Of a stretch of DNA of 48,028 nucleotides, positions 28,385-36,943 are shown in pieces. The notes beneath the pieces are model-generated. The model did no database searches and had not been told where the DNA came from. It saw nothing but the letters and a program-made list of their open reading frames with translations. Origin of the DNA: Klebsiella phage vB_KpnS_Chambers_MM6; the sequence record PP747161.1. The stretch is one strand, 5' to 3'. Position numbers and translations under genes: made by a program. The stretch's first letter is position 1. Each line of letters opens with the position of its first letter.

Positions 28385-29647
28385 ATGGCAAATATTAGCG
28401 ATCAGCTCGCGGCTGATATTCACAACGCGTTTAACAAATACTACACAGACCTGGCGAACCAGGATCAGATCTTCTTTGGCGTCGGTGATGTGACAATCAC
28501 GAAGCAGGACGGCACCACCGCCACTGTGCGCTCATGGAACAAGGTCATTGGCTCAGTGGACACCGCAGCGCAGCGCGGAGCTGCGAACACCTTCACGGCC
28601 CTGCAAACGTTCAGCGCCGGGATTAATGTTTCTGTCGGCAACATCAACGTGATGAACGACAACAGCATGGTGATCCTTGGGAAAAATAGCGATCTTGCGC
28701 TGCTTAAAAAGAGCGGTCAGGGCGGAACCATTGCCGTCGGTAGCGGTACGCCATTCAAGATCCAGCGCACGAATACAGCAACAGTCTCACCGTCTTCTAC
28801 GGTCGAGGATATTTTGACCATCGGAACGGATAAGAAGACCACGCTACCCGGGGCGCTTTCCACTGGTGGGGATGTAGTGGCTAAGGGGCTGCTGTATGCC
28901 CAGGCGATTGAGCTGTCATTTGGATCGCCATACATCGACTTCCATTTTAACTACAGCACCGACGATTTCACTGGGCGGATTATAGCCACTGCCGCCGATC
29001 AAATTAGTGTGCAACGTAGTCATTTGCGAGTTGACAGGGATCTTCGTGTTTTTGGTATGGCAGACATTAAAGGGTGGGCGCAATGCGGCGTCGATCTTTC
29101 GGCCAACAGAACAGACTTCGGTTCCCCTGCTATTGGTTCGTTGGTTTCAGGTGGCAGGATTCGTTCTCGAATGCTCGGGCGCGGCGGTAACGTTGACCCA
29201 TCAGGGGCGTGGGGCGGTTTCTATGTTGAGGAGTACGTGGGAACCGAACACAGGATTATCATGTATATGGACGGCTTCGGGAGAACCGACGCATGGTCAT
29301 TCCGCTCAGGTGGGACGATCTCCACACCCAAAGGCGATGTTCTCACTACCGGTTCAGACGTGCGCCTGAAAACAGACTTCACCCAAGCGCCTGAGAAAGC
29401 CTGTGAGCGCATCGAACGATTAGGGGTATGTCAGTACCGTATGAAGGGAGAAAGCCGCGTAAGGCGTGGTTTTATCGCGCAGCAGGCTGATACTGTCGAC
29501 AAGGTCTATACCTATCAGGACGTTGAGCAGGAGATCGACGGCGAGCGTATCAAGGTGATGAACGTCGACTATGTGGCGATCATCGCTGACCTGGTGGCTT
29601 CGGTGCAGGAGCTTCGGCAGGAATTGAAGGAGCTGAAAGGGGAATAA
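28385..29647 (+). CDS. side tail fibre with C-terminal intramolecular chaperone (peptidase S74) domain
   Basis: C-terminal DVRLKTDF...RLGVCQYRMK...RRGFIAQQADTVDKVY...VDYVAIIADLVASVQELRQELKELKG matches the autoproteolytic chaperone domain of endosialidase / T5 L-shaped fibre type. Follows J. Strong terminator downstream. Confidence 0.8.
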   Translation: MANISDQLAADIHNAFNKYYTDLANQDQIFFGVGDVTITKQDGTTATVRSWNKVIGSVDTAAQRGAANTFTALQTFSAGINVSVGNINVMNDNSMVILGKNSDLALLKKSGQGGTIAVGSGTPFKIQRTNTATVSPSSTVEDILTIGTDKKTTLPGALSTGGDVVAKGLLYAQAIELSFGSPYIDFHFNYSTDDFTGRIIATAADQISVQRSHLRVDRDLRVFGMADIKGWAQCGVDLSANRTDFGSPAIGSLVSGGRIRSRMLGRGGNVDPSGAWGGFYVEEYVGTEHRIIMYMDGFGRTDAWSFRSGGTISTPKGDVLTTGSDVRLKTDFTQAPEKACERIERLGVCQYRMKGESRVRRGFIAQQADTVDKVYTYQDVEQEIDGERIKVMNVDYVAIIADLVASVQELRQELKELKGE

Positions 29648-29675
29648 AAAAAAGGGGCCGATGGCCCCTTTCTTT
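29646..29675. terminator. bidirectional intrinsic terminator between late (+) and early (-) blocks
   Basis: AAAAAAAA then GGGGCC-gat-GGCCCC then TTTCTTT. Confidence 0.75.
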
Positions 29676-29764
29676 ACAGCACGTGATAAAGCACGTTGAT
29701 CACGAAGCCCAACACGAGGCCGATCGCTGCTGCCAGTAATGGCTGTTTCATTTTGTCAAACACG

Positions 29765-29968
29765 TTATTCACCCTCTACTTTAACGAGTTCATGCCATTC
29801 GATTCCCAGGGGCTTCGCAAGGCGGATCATGGTTTCAATGGTCGGGAACTCACGGCCATTGTCATAACGGCATACGCGGCACTGCGCAATGCCTGCTGCT
29901 TTCGCCAGACCACGCTGGGAAAATCCAGCGCGCTCACGGTGTTCTTTCAAAATCAGTGTGATGTTCAT
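29765..29968 (-). CDS. HTH XRE-family transcriptional regulator (Cro/CI-like)
   Basis: 67 aa. GFSQRGLAKAAGIAQCRVCRYDNG helix-turn-helix signature. Last gene of the leftward early block. Confidence 0.75.
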   Translation of the reverse strand: MNITLILKEHRERAGFSQRGLAKAAGIAQCRVCRYDNGREFPTIETMIRLAKPLGIEWHELVKVEGE

Positions 29969-29976
29969 TTTCTACC

Positions 29977-30459
29977 TCAGAACGGGATATCGTCATCAAA
30001 GTCCATCGGCGGCTCGCTGGACTGCTGCTGTGGTTTTGACTGCTGGCGCGCTGGGCCGGAATGTGTCTTCGGCTGTCCCTGCGGCTGCCCCTGCTGTCCG
30101 CCTTCGCTCTTGCCTCCTAACATTTGCATAACGGCGTTAGGCCCGTTCAGAACCACTTCTGTCGTCCATTTCTCGACTCCGTTGCTGTCAGTCCATTTTC
30201 GTGTTTGCAGCTTTCCTTCGACGTAGATCTGAGAACCCTTTTTCACGTACTCGCCGACGATCTCAGCCAGCTTCCCGAAGACGACGACACGGTGCCATTC
30301 CGTTTGCTCCTTTACTTCGCCGGTCTGCTTATCGCGCCATGATTCTGACGTCGCGATCGTGAGGTTAGCCACCGCGCCGCCTGACGGCATGTAGCGAATT
30401 TCTGGATCCTGACCGATGCGACCCACGAGGATCACCTTGTTAACTCCACGGCTTGCCAT
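29977..30459 (-). CDS. ssb: single-stranded DNA-binding protein
   Basis: OB-fold SSB signature ([15 protein letters not shown]...[12 protein letters not shown]). Gly/Gln-rich linker. C-terminal acidic tail DFDDDIPF. Confidence 0.95.
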   Translation of the reverse strand: MASRGVNKVILVGRIGQDPEIRYMPSGGAVANLTIATSESWRDKQTGEVKEQTEWHRVVVFGKLAEIVGEYVKKGSQIYVEGKLQTRKWTDSNGVEKWTTEVVLNGPNAVMQMLGGKSEGGQQGQPQGQPKTHSGPARQQSKPQQQSSEPPMDFDDDIPF

Positions 30460-30471
30460 TTATAACGCTCC

Positions 30472-31167
30472 TTAAAAATCTTCTTCGACGTCTGATTGCT
30501 GCGGCGGTACATCTTGCGGCTGAACGTCATCAGGTGCAACCTGGACGGTAGCCTTACCGCGTTTAGCATTGGCTGGCTTGCCGGGGTTGAACGGTCTGGC
30601 CTCCGCGTTTTTCAGCTCGACGATCTTGCTGGCGCGGGCATCTTCGACGATGCGCAGTGATGCCTTGTCGCTGCGGAACAGCTCGCACGCGGCGCGGTAG
30701 ATTGCATCCACCTCATCCTTGTCCTTCGCGGCTTCAATGGAGCGGCGGCAGTCGGCTGCGCTACGCACTGATTTGTTGCCGTCGTCGTCGTCCATGGTGA
30801 GGCCGAAGATCGAAACGCGGGCATAGCGGCGGGCGTAGGTAAGCGTTGAGCCGAAGCCCTGGGCGTCGTTCTTCGCCAGCGGGATCTGGCAGATATCGGA
30901 CAGCCATTCGCCTGTGGCAACGTGGATGATGCGCGTCTCCATCAGCATCACGTTCGGAGCCTGTCCGGCCTCGTGCGTCGGAGACTGGATCATGATCAAC
31001 CCGGCATCTTCCATTGCCGGGCCGATGGCGGCCGCAACGTCTCCGAGGGTCGCATAGTGGTTTTTCAGGTGCTGGTTCTGCTTGGATTTCTTCGGCGATA
31101 CGCACATATCCTGCGCGTGGGCAAACTGCTTAACGATGGTGCTGCATGGCTGAGAAAATTTCATCAT
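30472..31167 (-). CDS. Erf-family single-strand annealing protein
   Basis: HLKNHYATLGDV and GSTLTYARRYA motifs characteristic of ERF. Sits adjacent to SSB and the exonuclease. Confidence 0.8.
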   Translation of the reverse strand: MMKFSQPCSTIVKQFAHAQDMCVSPKKSKQNQHLKNHYATLGDVAAAIGPAMEDAGLIMIQSPTHEAGQAPNVMLMETRIIHVATGEWLSDICQIPLAKNDAQGFGSTLTYARRYARVSIFGLTMDDDDGNKSVRSAADCRRSIEAAKDKDEVDAIYRAACELFRSDKASLRIVEDARASKIVELKNAEARPFNPGKPANAKRGKATVQVAPDDVQPQDVPPQQSDVEEDF

Positions 31168-31222
31168 TTGGTCACTCCTTATATTGAGGGGGTAATATGT
31201 CAGTATATTACCCAGGAATCAA

Positions 31223-32266
31223 TTATTTTTTGGTTTTCACATCTTCCCACAAGTGGCGGAAGGCGTTTTCCAGGTAGTACGGAGGATCGAGGTCAATCAC
31301 GCTTCCGCCGCCGTAGGTCGGCCACGTGTCATTGTCCCGGCACCATTTAAATGTGGCGATGGCTTCACGCAGCTGCGCATATCCAATCATCAGGGTTTTG
31401 TTTGACAAGGCGAAAGGAGCGACGACGAACGGGCTGCTCTTCTCCTGCGCCAGCAACATCGTCCTTCTCGGTTTCTGGCCGAAAGCCGCCTTAAACCCCT
31501 CGCGCTGCAACGCCATTTTCAGCGGATACCCGAGATCGAAGCACTTACGCATGAATCTTTCAGGGTTGGCCGTGTCCGTGGTCTTGTAGTCCACCATGTC
31601 GGCGAACTTGCTGATCCAGTCGAGGCGCACCTTGCAGCGCAAACCCTGATAGCTGAAAAAGATCGAGACTTCCGACATTCCGTCAACGAAATACTCTTTA
31701 AACGAGTCGTTATTAAACAGAACGGCGCGCATCTCCTGAATGATGTCATAATCCTGTCCGCGAATTCCTTCACGATCTCCTCGCTCTTCATTGGCCTTCT
31801 TGACTATATCGTGCCAAAAGACGACGTCGTTTATTCCAAGAGCTGCGGCGGTATTGGTGACTGTCTCAATTAATTCCGGCTCTTTCATTTTCGAATAACC
31901 GGCAACACCGTGTTCTTTCAGAAATGCCTTCGCGGCCTCAAGCGAGGTAATAAAGTTCGGCTGCGGAATAATATCGCCGTTATCGTCACGCTTAATAAAG
32001 TCCTCTTTCTCAGGCATGCGGAAATATTCACGGGCGAATAATTCCGGCTCAAGGTGGTTAGCGTGGGCCGCTGTACCGAAGACCAGCGCGCTGGATTGCT
32101 TCTTCTTGTCTTCGGCAAATTTCCAGTTGGCCGGGCAGCTTGAGAACAGCTCCCACAAGCCTGAGCCGTTCATGTGGTCTGTCTCAGCGTGATAGTCTTC
32201 GTTCGACAGGTCGTTATTTGTGAAGAACAGAACTTCATCATCTTTTAGCGATTTAATATCTGACAT
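31223..32266 (-). CDS. recombination exonuclease (PD-(D/E)XK, YqaJ/lambda-exo-like)
   Basis: CKVRLDWI...DMVDYKTT resembles the D...(D/E)xK catalytic core of the PDDEXK_1 family. Paired with Erf, which is typical of phage recombination modules. Confidence 0.65.
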   Translation of the reverse strand: MSDIKSLKDDEVLFFTNNDLSNEDYHAETDHMNGSGLWELFSSCPANWKFAEDKKKQSSALVFGTAAHANHLEPELFAREYFRMPEKEDFIKRDDNGDIIPQPNFITSLEAAKAFLKEHGVAGYSKMKEPELIETVTNTAAALGINDVVFWHDIVKKANEERGDREGIRGQDYDIIQEMRAVLFNNDSFKEYFVDGMSEVSIFFSYQGLRCKVRLDWISKFADMVDYKTTDTANPERFMRKCFDLGYPLKMALQREGFKAAFGQKPRRTMLLAQEKSSPFVVAPFALSNKTLMIGYAQLREAIATFKWCRDNDTWPTYGGGSVIDLDPPYYLENAFRHLWEDVKTKK

Positions 32267-32625
32267 TACATGATCCCCTTATTCATATCTAACCGAAGTT
32301 TTCGTTCGATATCTTCCTGCCTGACAAAGCGGCGTGAATCGCCCTTGCAATTAACTTTCAATAGCCATTTGCTTTTATTCTCAATAGCCGGATACTTCAC
32401 GGCAGGATCGCGGAATAGAATCTGACCAAGCATCAACTCGGTTCCAGTGGGTACGCCACAAAATAAAACCTCCCATAGCACGTCCCTGATAAGATTTCCC
32501 GGCGCTCTATATGTGAGAACCACTTTCTTTAATGATCGCATAAGGCCGTAAGCCTCTTTGAATGTTTTGCGGTCAGTGTTGCGAATGCCGCCGTGCAATA
32601 TTCTGTGTAACTCTGCATGTGTCAT
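32266..32625 (-). CDS. hypothetical protein
   Basis: Start moved to ATG 32625 (MTHAELHRIL...), which has a perfect AGGAGG 5 nt upstream. The longer ORF to 32676 lacks an SD. Confidence 0.5.
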   Translation of the reverse strand: MTHAELHRILHGGIRNTDRKTFKEAYGLMRSLKKVVLTYRAPGNLIRDVLWEVLFCGVPTGTELMLGQILFRDPAVKYPAIENKSKWLLKVNCKGDSRRFVRQEDIERKLRLDMNKGIM

Positions 32626-32651
32626 GATGACCTCCTGTGTGGTGTTTGGGC

Positions 32652-32681
32652 ATATTACTTCCGCATAATAGGCCATGTCAA
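32652..32681 (-). promoter_or_regulatory. near-consensus leftward promoter (TTGACA-18-TAATAT)
   Basis: On the minus strand, -35 at 32681..32676 and -10 at 32657..32652. Between the VRR-NUC gene and the 32625 gene. Confidence 0.55.
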
Positions 32682-32683
32682 GG

Positions 32684-33103
32684 CTATTTAACTATGATGG
32701 TCGACGGCCCGAGGAAGTCGATCACCGCCAGCTTCGCGCAGTGAAAGCCATAAGCCACCGCAGCGAAGCCGCCCTGAGCGGATACGGCGGACAGGCATTC
32801 AACCTGCTCCTTGCTGACTGGCGTCGACAGCTTTTTAGTCTCTCGCTTCATCTCGATCACCCCGAACGGCTCCCCGTTGCGGCCACGATGCAGGATCACG
32901 ATGTCGGCAACGCCCTTACGTAGTCCCTTCGCCTGCTGGCGCAGAAAATACTGCTTCCCGGCCTTCCCGCCGTTCTCGTTCGGCACATGGAACCAGTACA
33001 CGTCTGGATACCAATGATTAAACCAGGTGGTAAAGTTAACCAGGTGATCATCCTCAAGCGCTTTCGTCGGTTCATCTGGTGGGTAAAGATATTCTTTAAT
33101 CAC
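32684..33103 (-). CDS. VRR-NUC domain nuclease
   Basis: GVADIVILHRGRNGEPFGVIEMKRE matches the VRR-NUC D...E.K core. 139 aa. ATGA-type overlap with the helicase gene. Confidence 0.65.
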   Translation of the reverse strand: MIKEYLYPPDEPTKALEDDHLVNFTTWFNHWYPDVYWFHVPNENGGKAGKQYFLRQQAKGLRKGVADIVILHRGRNGEPFGVIEMKRETKKLSTPVSKEQVECLSAVSAQGGFAAVAYGFHCAKLAVIDFLGPSTIIVK

Positions 33104-35148
33104 AGGTCATCACCTCCTTCGAAAATTTTACGGGCTATGACGTCGCGAGACTTTCTGCCGCCTATACGCCGGTGCGTCACACGCTTAGGCGCTGCAATCA
33201 GGTGAGCGGACGGCAGGATCTTCGTTTTTACCCCTTTCCGCATCTTGCCCCGAGTGTTCGGTGATGCAACGTGCTTATCCAGTGCCGCCTTCCACTGCTG
33301 TTTTGCTGGCATGCTGTCGCTGTCCGGCCAAAAGACCTCATAGGCCACAAAGTCAGGATCCCCCTCATTCCCCAGCACGTAGCGGAACACCACGCCGTTT
33401 CCGCATTTCGTCGGCTCAACATTAAAGGATCGCACGTCCACAAAGTCATCCCGTGTATAGCTCTTTTTCTCAAGGCTCCTGTTTGGGTCGATCAACGTGT
33501 TCCCGCAGTGGGCGCACTGCCGGGCGGTGATGTCGTTCTCCGCGCCGCATCCGCGACTGACAACCACGCCGCGATCGTTCTTAAAGTCATCGCATGTGCG
33601 CGAGATGAACCAGTGGTGACAGCGGTCGTCCTTGCGGTATGGCGTGCCGTCTTCCTCGATCCCGTCGTGGTCGTACACATGGCGGCACCGGCGCGCGTGC
33701 TTGCCGTTCGTGTGTCCATATGGGCATTCCTTCGTCTGGCCGGTGCTGGTATCCGTCTCATAGCGGTACTGCTCAAGGAATGGCGAGAAGTACAGCTCCG
33801 CCAGGTCGTCCAGCGCTCCACCGTAGTCGAGAACAAGGTTGTCCTCTTTGACCATCCCCAGCTCTTCTATATGGAATTTTTTGAGGATGCGCATCCCTCG
33901 ACCGATGAGCTGAACCAGCAGAGTGAGGCTGCCGATCTTGCGCAGGATAACGATCGTGTCCCACGGTGGAACGTTGTAACCGGTGGTAAGGCACCCGATC
34001 TGAAAGATGAATTTACAGCGGTTGTTAAATGCGTCTTCCAGTATCCGATCGCGCTCCTTCTGTGGCGTGTCGTCGGTGATGATCCCGTAAGTCACTCCGG
34101 GCGGTAACGCGCTGGCCGCCTCCTTACAGTGCTTCTTACCGGCGCAGGTAACGAGTACGCAGTTACGGTTGGCGGTACGCTTCACGACGTCGAGCATGAT
34201 GTTTTGCGTGATGGTTCCCTGGGACAGGATCTGCTTCTCCATCTCGATCAGGTCGGCATCACTGAATTCGTCGTCACCCTCTTCGCCGCGACTCACGAAT
34301 GAATCAAGCTGATAGGTCAGCTCATCATCGATCGCACCGTAATGGGTAGGCACCACCGCGCCAACTTCAACCAGGTACTCGGTGGAAATGTCACACACCG
34401 CACGCCGCCAGAATCCGGGGGTGTTCCTGTCTTCGTTGATGATCGGCTGTGTGCCTCGGTAGTCGGTGCCGGTGTACCCGATAACAACCAGATCCCGACC
34501 GTACATCTCCCGGCAACGGCGCTGCATCTCCCGGATGATAAGCGTGTACCCGGTGCGGCCAGCGGCGATCATCTGCGCCAGCGTGCGCTCTGCTTTGCGC
34601 TGCAACATCTCGTTTTCAGGATTCTGATCCGCAAGAGTGCAGGTCATCTCGCTCTCAACGATGTCGTCTACGTTGACGTGATGGCATTCGTCGATCAGCA
34701 GGAAGCGCGCCACGAAGTTAGCCAGCTGCTTTTCAAGGGCGTTGACCACCGTCTTCTCGCTGCCGCAAATGATAGGGAAGGTCGTTGACTTCATGCGCAG
34801 GCCAGCGCTGAACACGCTGTTCTCCACCCCGAAGTTCCGTATCTCCATGGCGTCCTGCTTGATGATCCCGCCCTGACGTGACAACACTAGCGCGGTCTTG
34901 TTGAGCTGGGTCAGGCGGCGGGCCACCAGGCTTATCTGCGTGGTCTTCCCTGCCGACACGGCGGCCTTGACGACGAACGGGCCGATCTCCTTGTAGTTGT
35001 TGATGGCCTGAGACGTCGCAAAGTGTGCCGCGAACTGGAACGGGTAGGGGTCGTATGGCATGCCGCGAAGGCCTCTAAGCAGCTGGCTGCGAACCGCCTC
35101 TATGTCCGTCTCCTCAATCATTTGCTTGATGCTTTTCACCTTTTCCAT
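33100..35148 (-). CDS. superfamily II DEAD/DEAH-box helicase with C-terminal Cys-rich zinc-binding region
   Basis: Walker A AVSAGKTTQ. DEAH-type LLIDECHH Walker B. C-terminal CPYGHTNGKHARRCRH and GCGAENDITARQCAHCGN Cys clusters. Start set at ATG 35148 (MEKVKSIKQM) with GAGG 5 nt upstream. Confidence 0.85.
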   Translation of the reverse strand: MEKVKSIKQMIEETDIEAVRSQLLRGLRGMPYDPYPFQFAAHFATSQAINNYKEIGPFVVKAAVSAGKTTQISLVARRLTQLNKTALVLSRQGGIIKQDAMEIRNFGVENSVFSAGLRMKSTTFPIICGSEKTVVNALEKQLANFVARFLLIDECHHVNVDDIVESEMTCTLADQNPENEMLQRKAERTLAQMIAAGRTGYTLIIREMQRRCREMYGRDLVVIGYTGTDYRGTQPIINEDRNTPGFWRRAVCDISTEYLVEVGAVVPTHYGAIDDELTYQLDSFVSRGEEGDDEFSDADLIEMEKQILSQGTITQNIMLDVVKRTANRNCVLVTCAGKKHCKEAASALPPGVTYGIITDDTPQKERDRILEDAFNNRCKFIFQIGCLTTGYNVPPWDTIVILRKIGSLTLLVQLIGRGMRILKKFHIEELGMVKEDNLVLDYGGALDDLAELYFSPFLEQYRYETDTSTGQTKECPYGHTNGKHARRCRHVYDHDGIEEDGTPYRKDDRCHHWFISRTCDDFKNDRGVVVSRGCGAENDITARQCAHCGNTLIDPNRSLEKKSYTRDDFVDVRSFNVEPTKCGNGVVFRYVLGNEGDPDFVAYEVFWPDSDSMPAKQQWKAALDKHVASPNTRGKMRKGVKTKILPSAHLIAAPKRVTHRRIGGRKSRDVIARKIFEGGDDL

Positions 35149-35158
35149 TGTTGCCTCG

Positions 35159-35187
35159 TTGACGTGGTAAACATTGCAATATATTCT
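35159..35187 (+). promoter_or_regulatory. candidate rightward early promoter (TTGACG-17-TATTCT)
   Basis: Located in the 72-bp divergent region between the helicase gene (-) and the 35221 gene (+). Confidence 0.4.
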
Positions 35188-35220
35188 GCACAACGAATAC
35201 CAAAACACAAGGAATTTAAA

Positions 35221-35787
35221 ATGATGAATATTGGCAAACTACCCGAACCAGAAATTCACGAGGGCGCGATACAGCGGGCTTTTGTGCGTTCTATGGGCAA
35301 CTCATTCCAGATCATGATCCCGAACTACTACACCCCTGACAACTTGGGCTATGAGGCGGATATGTTCTGTATCCGCAAGAGCCGCTACACGGTGGAAGTG
35401 GAGGTGAAGATCTCCATTGCCGACATGCGCGCTGACTTCCGCAAGGCCCACACCGTTTACCCAAAGACAGCGGAGGAAGCAGAAAAATACTGGCGATCAG
35501 ACGAAAACGAGCGCGTCCCGTACCCGGTGAAGATGAAGCATGACTGCCTGAAAGCTGGTGAGCTGATAGCCAACCGCTTCTACTTCCTGGTGCCGTGGAC
35601 TATCGCTGACAAGGCACGGGAGATCCTGCCGGACTATGCCGGGCTTTACGTGTACAACCAGCGCGGACTGGTACACGAGGAAAAGATGGGGCCGATGCTG
35701 CACAAGCGTAAGCTCGATCCGAAATATGACCAGGGGATCATGGCCAACCTCAACACCCGCTACCTGAATCTGTGGAGGAGGTCATGA
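35221..35787 (+). CDS. hypothetical protein with PD-(D/E)XK-like motif
   Basis: 189 aa from ATG 35221, RBS AAGGA. GYEADMFCIRKSRYTVEVEVKIS resembles a D-x(n)-E-x-K nuclease core. Translationally coupled to the downstream primase zinc-ribbon gene. Confidence 0.5.
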   Translation: MMNIGKLPEPEIHEGAIQRAFVRSMGNSFQIMIPNYYTPDNLGYEADMFCIRKSRYTVEVEVKISIADMRADFRKAHTVYPKTAEEAEKYWRSDENERVPYPVKMKHDCLKAGELIANRFYFLVPWTIADKAREILPDYAGLYVYNQRGLVHEEKMGPMLHKRKLDPKYDQGIMANLNTRYLNLWRRS

Positions 35788-36278
35788 AGTTCTACCCCAT
35801 TGAGCAGATAGAACGACTCATGGTCGGGCGCTGGGAGGTGCTGCTATCCCAGTATTGGGATAAGCGCGCATTCAACGGCAGGCATCAGGCCTGCCCGCTG
35901 TGCGGAGGGAACGACCGGTTCCGCTGGGGAGAATCGAAGCAGGACGTCACGATGAAGGGTCGCGGTGCTGCAATTTGCAACCAGTGCGGATCACACCTGG
36001 GCCTGTGGTGGTTCATGCAAACTACCGGCTACGAATTCCCGGTGGCGCTGCATGAGATTGGGGCCAACTTCCTCAAGGTCGAGCCTGACCAGGAAATGAC
36101 GACCGAGCCGGTGATCGCCCGCGACGCATTCCCGAAGGCTCCGCGCGTCAGGCTGGAAGAGAAAAACTTATCAGCCTCTCAGAAGTACATCCGCAAGCAG
36201 CAGGCCGCGCCTGACTATGACCGCCGGTTCTGGATGGCCTACGACCTGATCGAGACGATGCGCAAATATCACATGTGA
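35784..36278 (+). CDS. primase zinc-binding domain protein (T7 gp4 / P4 alpha Zn-ribbon-like)
   Basis: CPLCGGNDRFRW...CNQCGSH is a C-x2-C...C-x2-C ribbon of the primase ZBD type. GGAGG RBS. No TOPRIM or AEP catalytic domain in this ORF. Confidence 0.6.
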   Translation: MKFYPIEQIERLMVGRWEVLLSQYWDKRAFNGRHQACPLCGGNDRFRWGESKQDVTMKGRGAAICNQCGSHLGLWWFMQTTGYEFPVALHEIGANFLKVEPDQEMTTEPVIARDAFPKAPRVRLEEKNLSASQKYIRKQQAAPDYDRRFWMAYDLIETMRKYHM

Positions 36279-36285
36279 AATACAG

Positions 36286-36314
36286 TTGACAGGTATATGG
36301 TGCCCAAGTAATAT
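36286..36314 (+). promoter_or_regulatory. near-consensus sigma70 promoter (TTGACA-17-TAATAT)
   Basis: -35 at 36286-36291, -10 at 36309-36314. Sits upstream of the 36345 gene within the rightward early block. Confidence 0.6.
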
Positions 36315-36344
36315 GCCCGAACACCCAACAGAAGGAGCAGCAAA

Positions 36345-36737
36345 ATGTCAGAACAAACCACCGTGTCACCGAAGACCGCCAGCGCAGTAGCCGAAGAAAT
36401 CAAAAAAGCTATTGGTCGCCGCCGTATCCCGGTAATTGTCGCAGACCAACCGGCCATCGCGTTCATGATCGCCAAAGAGGCCAGCAAAACAGGCTACGGC
36501 GAAGATGAGCAGCTGGGAGTGAACGCCGGATTCACCGAGAAGGACGTGGTGAACCAGATCGCTAACGCCGCGCTGTTCAGAAAGTCATATAACCGCGTCC
36601 AGCACGTCGTCGTCATCAAGTCGAGCAAGGCGGCAGCGGCTGGAAACTTTGATGGCCGCTACTTCGTGAAGATCATGTGCAATCGCCTGTATGTCACCAT
36701 GGGGAGCCTGGCTAACTATCTTGCGGGGGCGGAATAG
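36345..36737 (+). CDS. hypothetical protein
   Basis: 130 aa. Preceded by a near-consensus sigma70 promoter (TTGACA-17-TAATAT at 36286-36314) and RBS AAGGAG. Confidence 0.6.
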   Translation: MSEQTTVSPKTASAVAEEIKKAIGRRRIPVIVADQPAIAFMIAKEASKTGYGEDEQLGVNAGFTEKDVVNQIANAALFRKSYNRVQHVVVIKSSKAAAAGNFDGRYFVKIMCNRLYVTMGSLANYLAGAE

Positions 36738-36943
36738 TGAGCGGGGCAAAGCCCGTGGTGATTGGCTGCCGGAAAATGATCAAAGGCAGCGAGCGCGGAA
36801 AGATGGTCTGCTGTGGGACATACTTCCACGCTGGCGGGCGAAGCAGATGCTGGCACGTGATCGATAATGTCGTGGTGTGTAAACGTTGTTTCAAAGAGTG
36901 GAAAAAGGAGCACAAAGATGAAGAAAGCGATATTTCTGTTTAA
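36737..36943 (+). CDS. small Cys-rich protein (putative zinc ribbon), GTG start
   Basis: 68 aa with C-x(10)-CC ... C-x(8)-C-x2-C pattern. GTG start overlaps the upstream stop. Overlaps the next gene by 26 nt. Confidence 0.35.
   Translation: MSGAKPVVIGCRKMIKGSERGKMVCCGTYFHAGGRSRCWHVIDNVVVCKRCFKEWKKEHKDEESDISV

Noticed and set aside
33271-34107. 278-aa plus-strand ORF
   Set aside because: Antisense to the SF2 helicase gene, which has clear Walker A / DEAH motifs.
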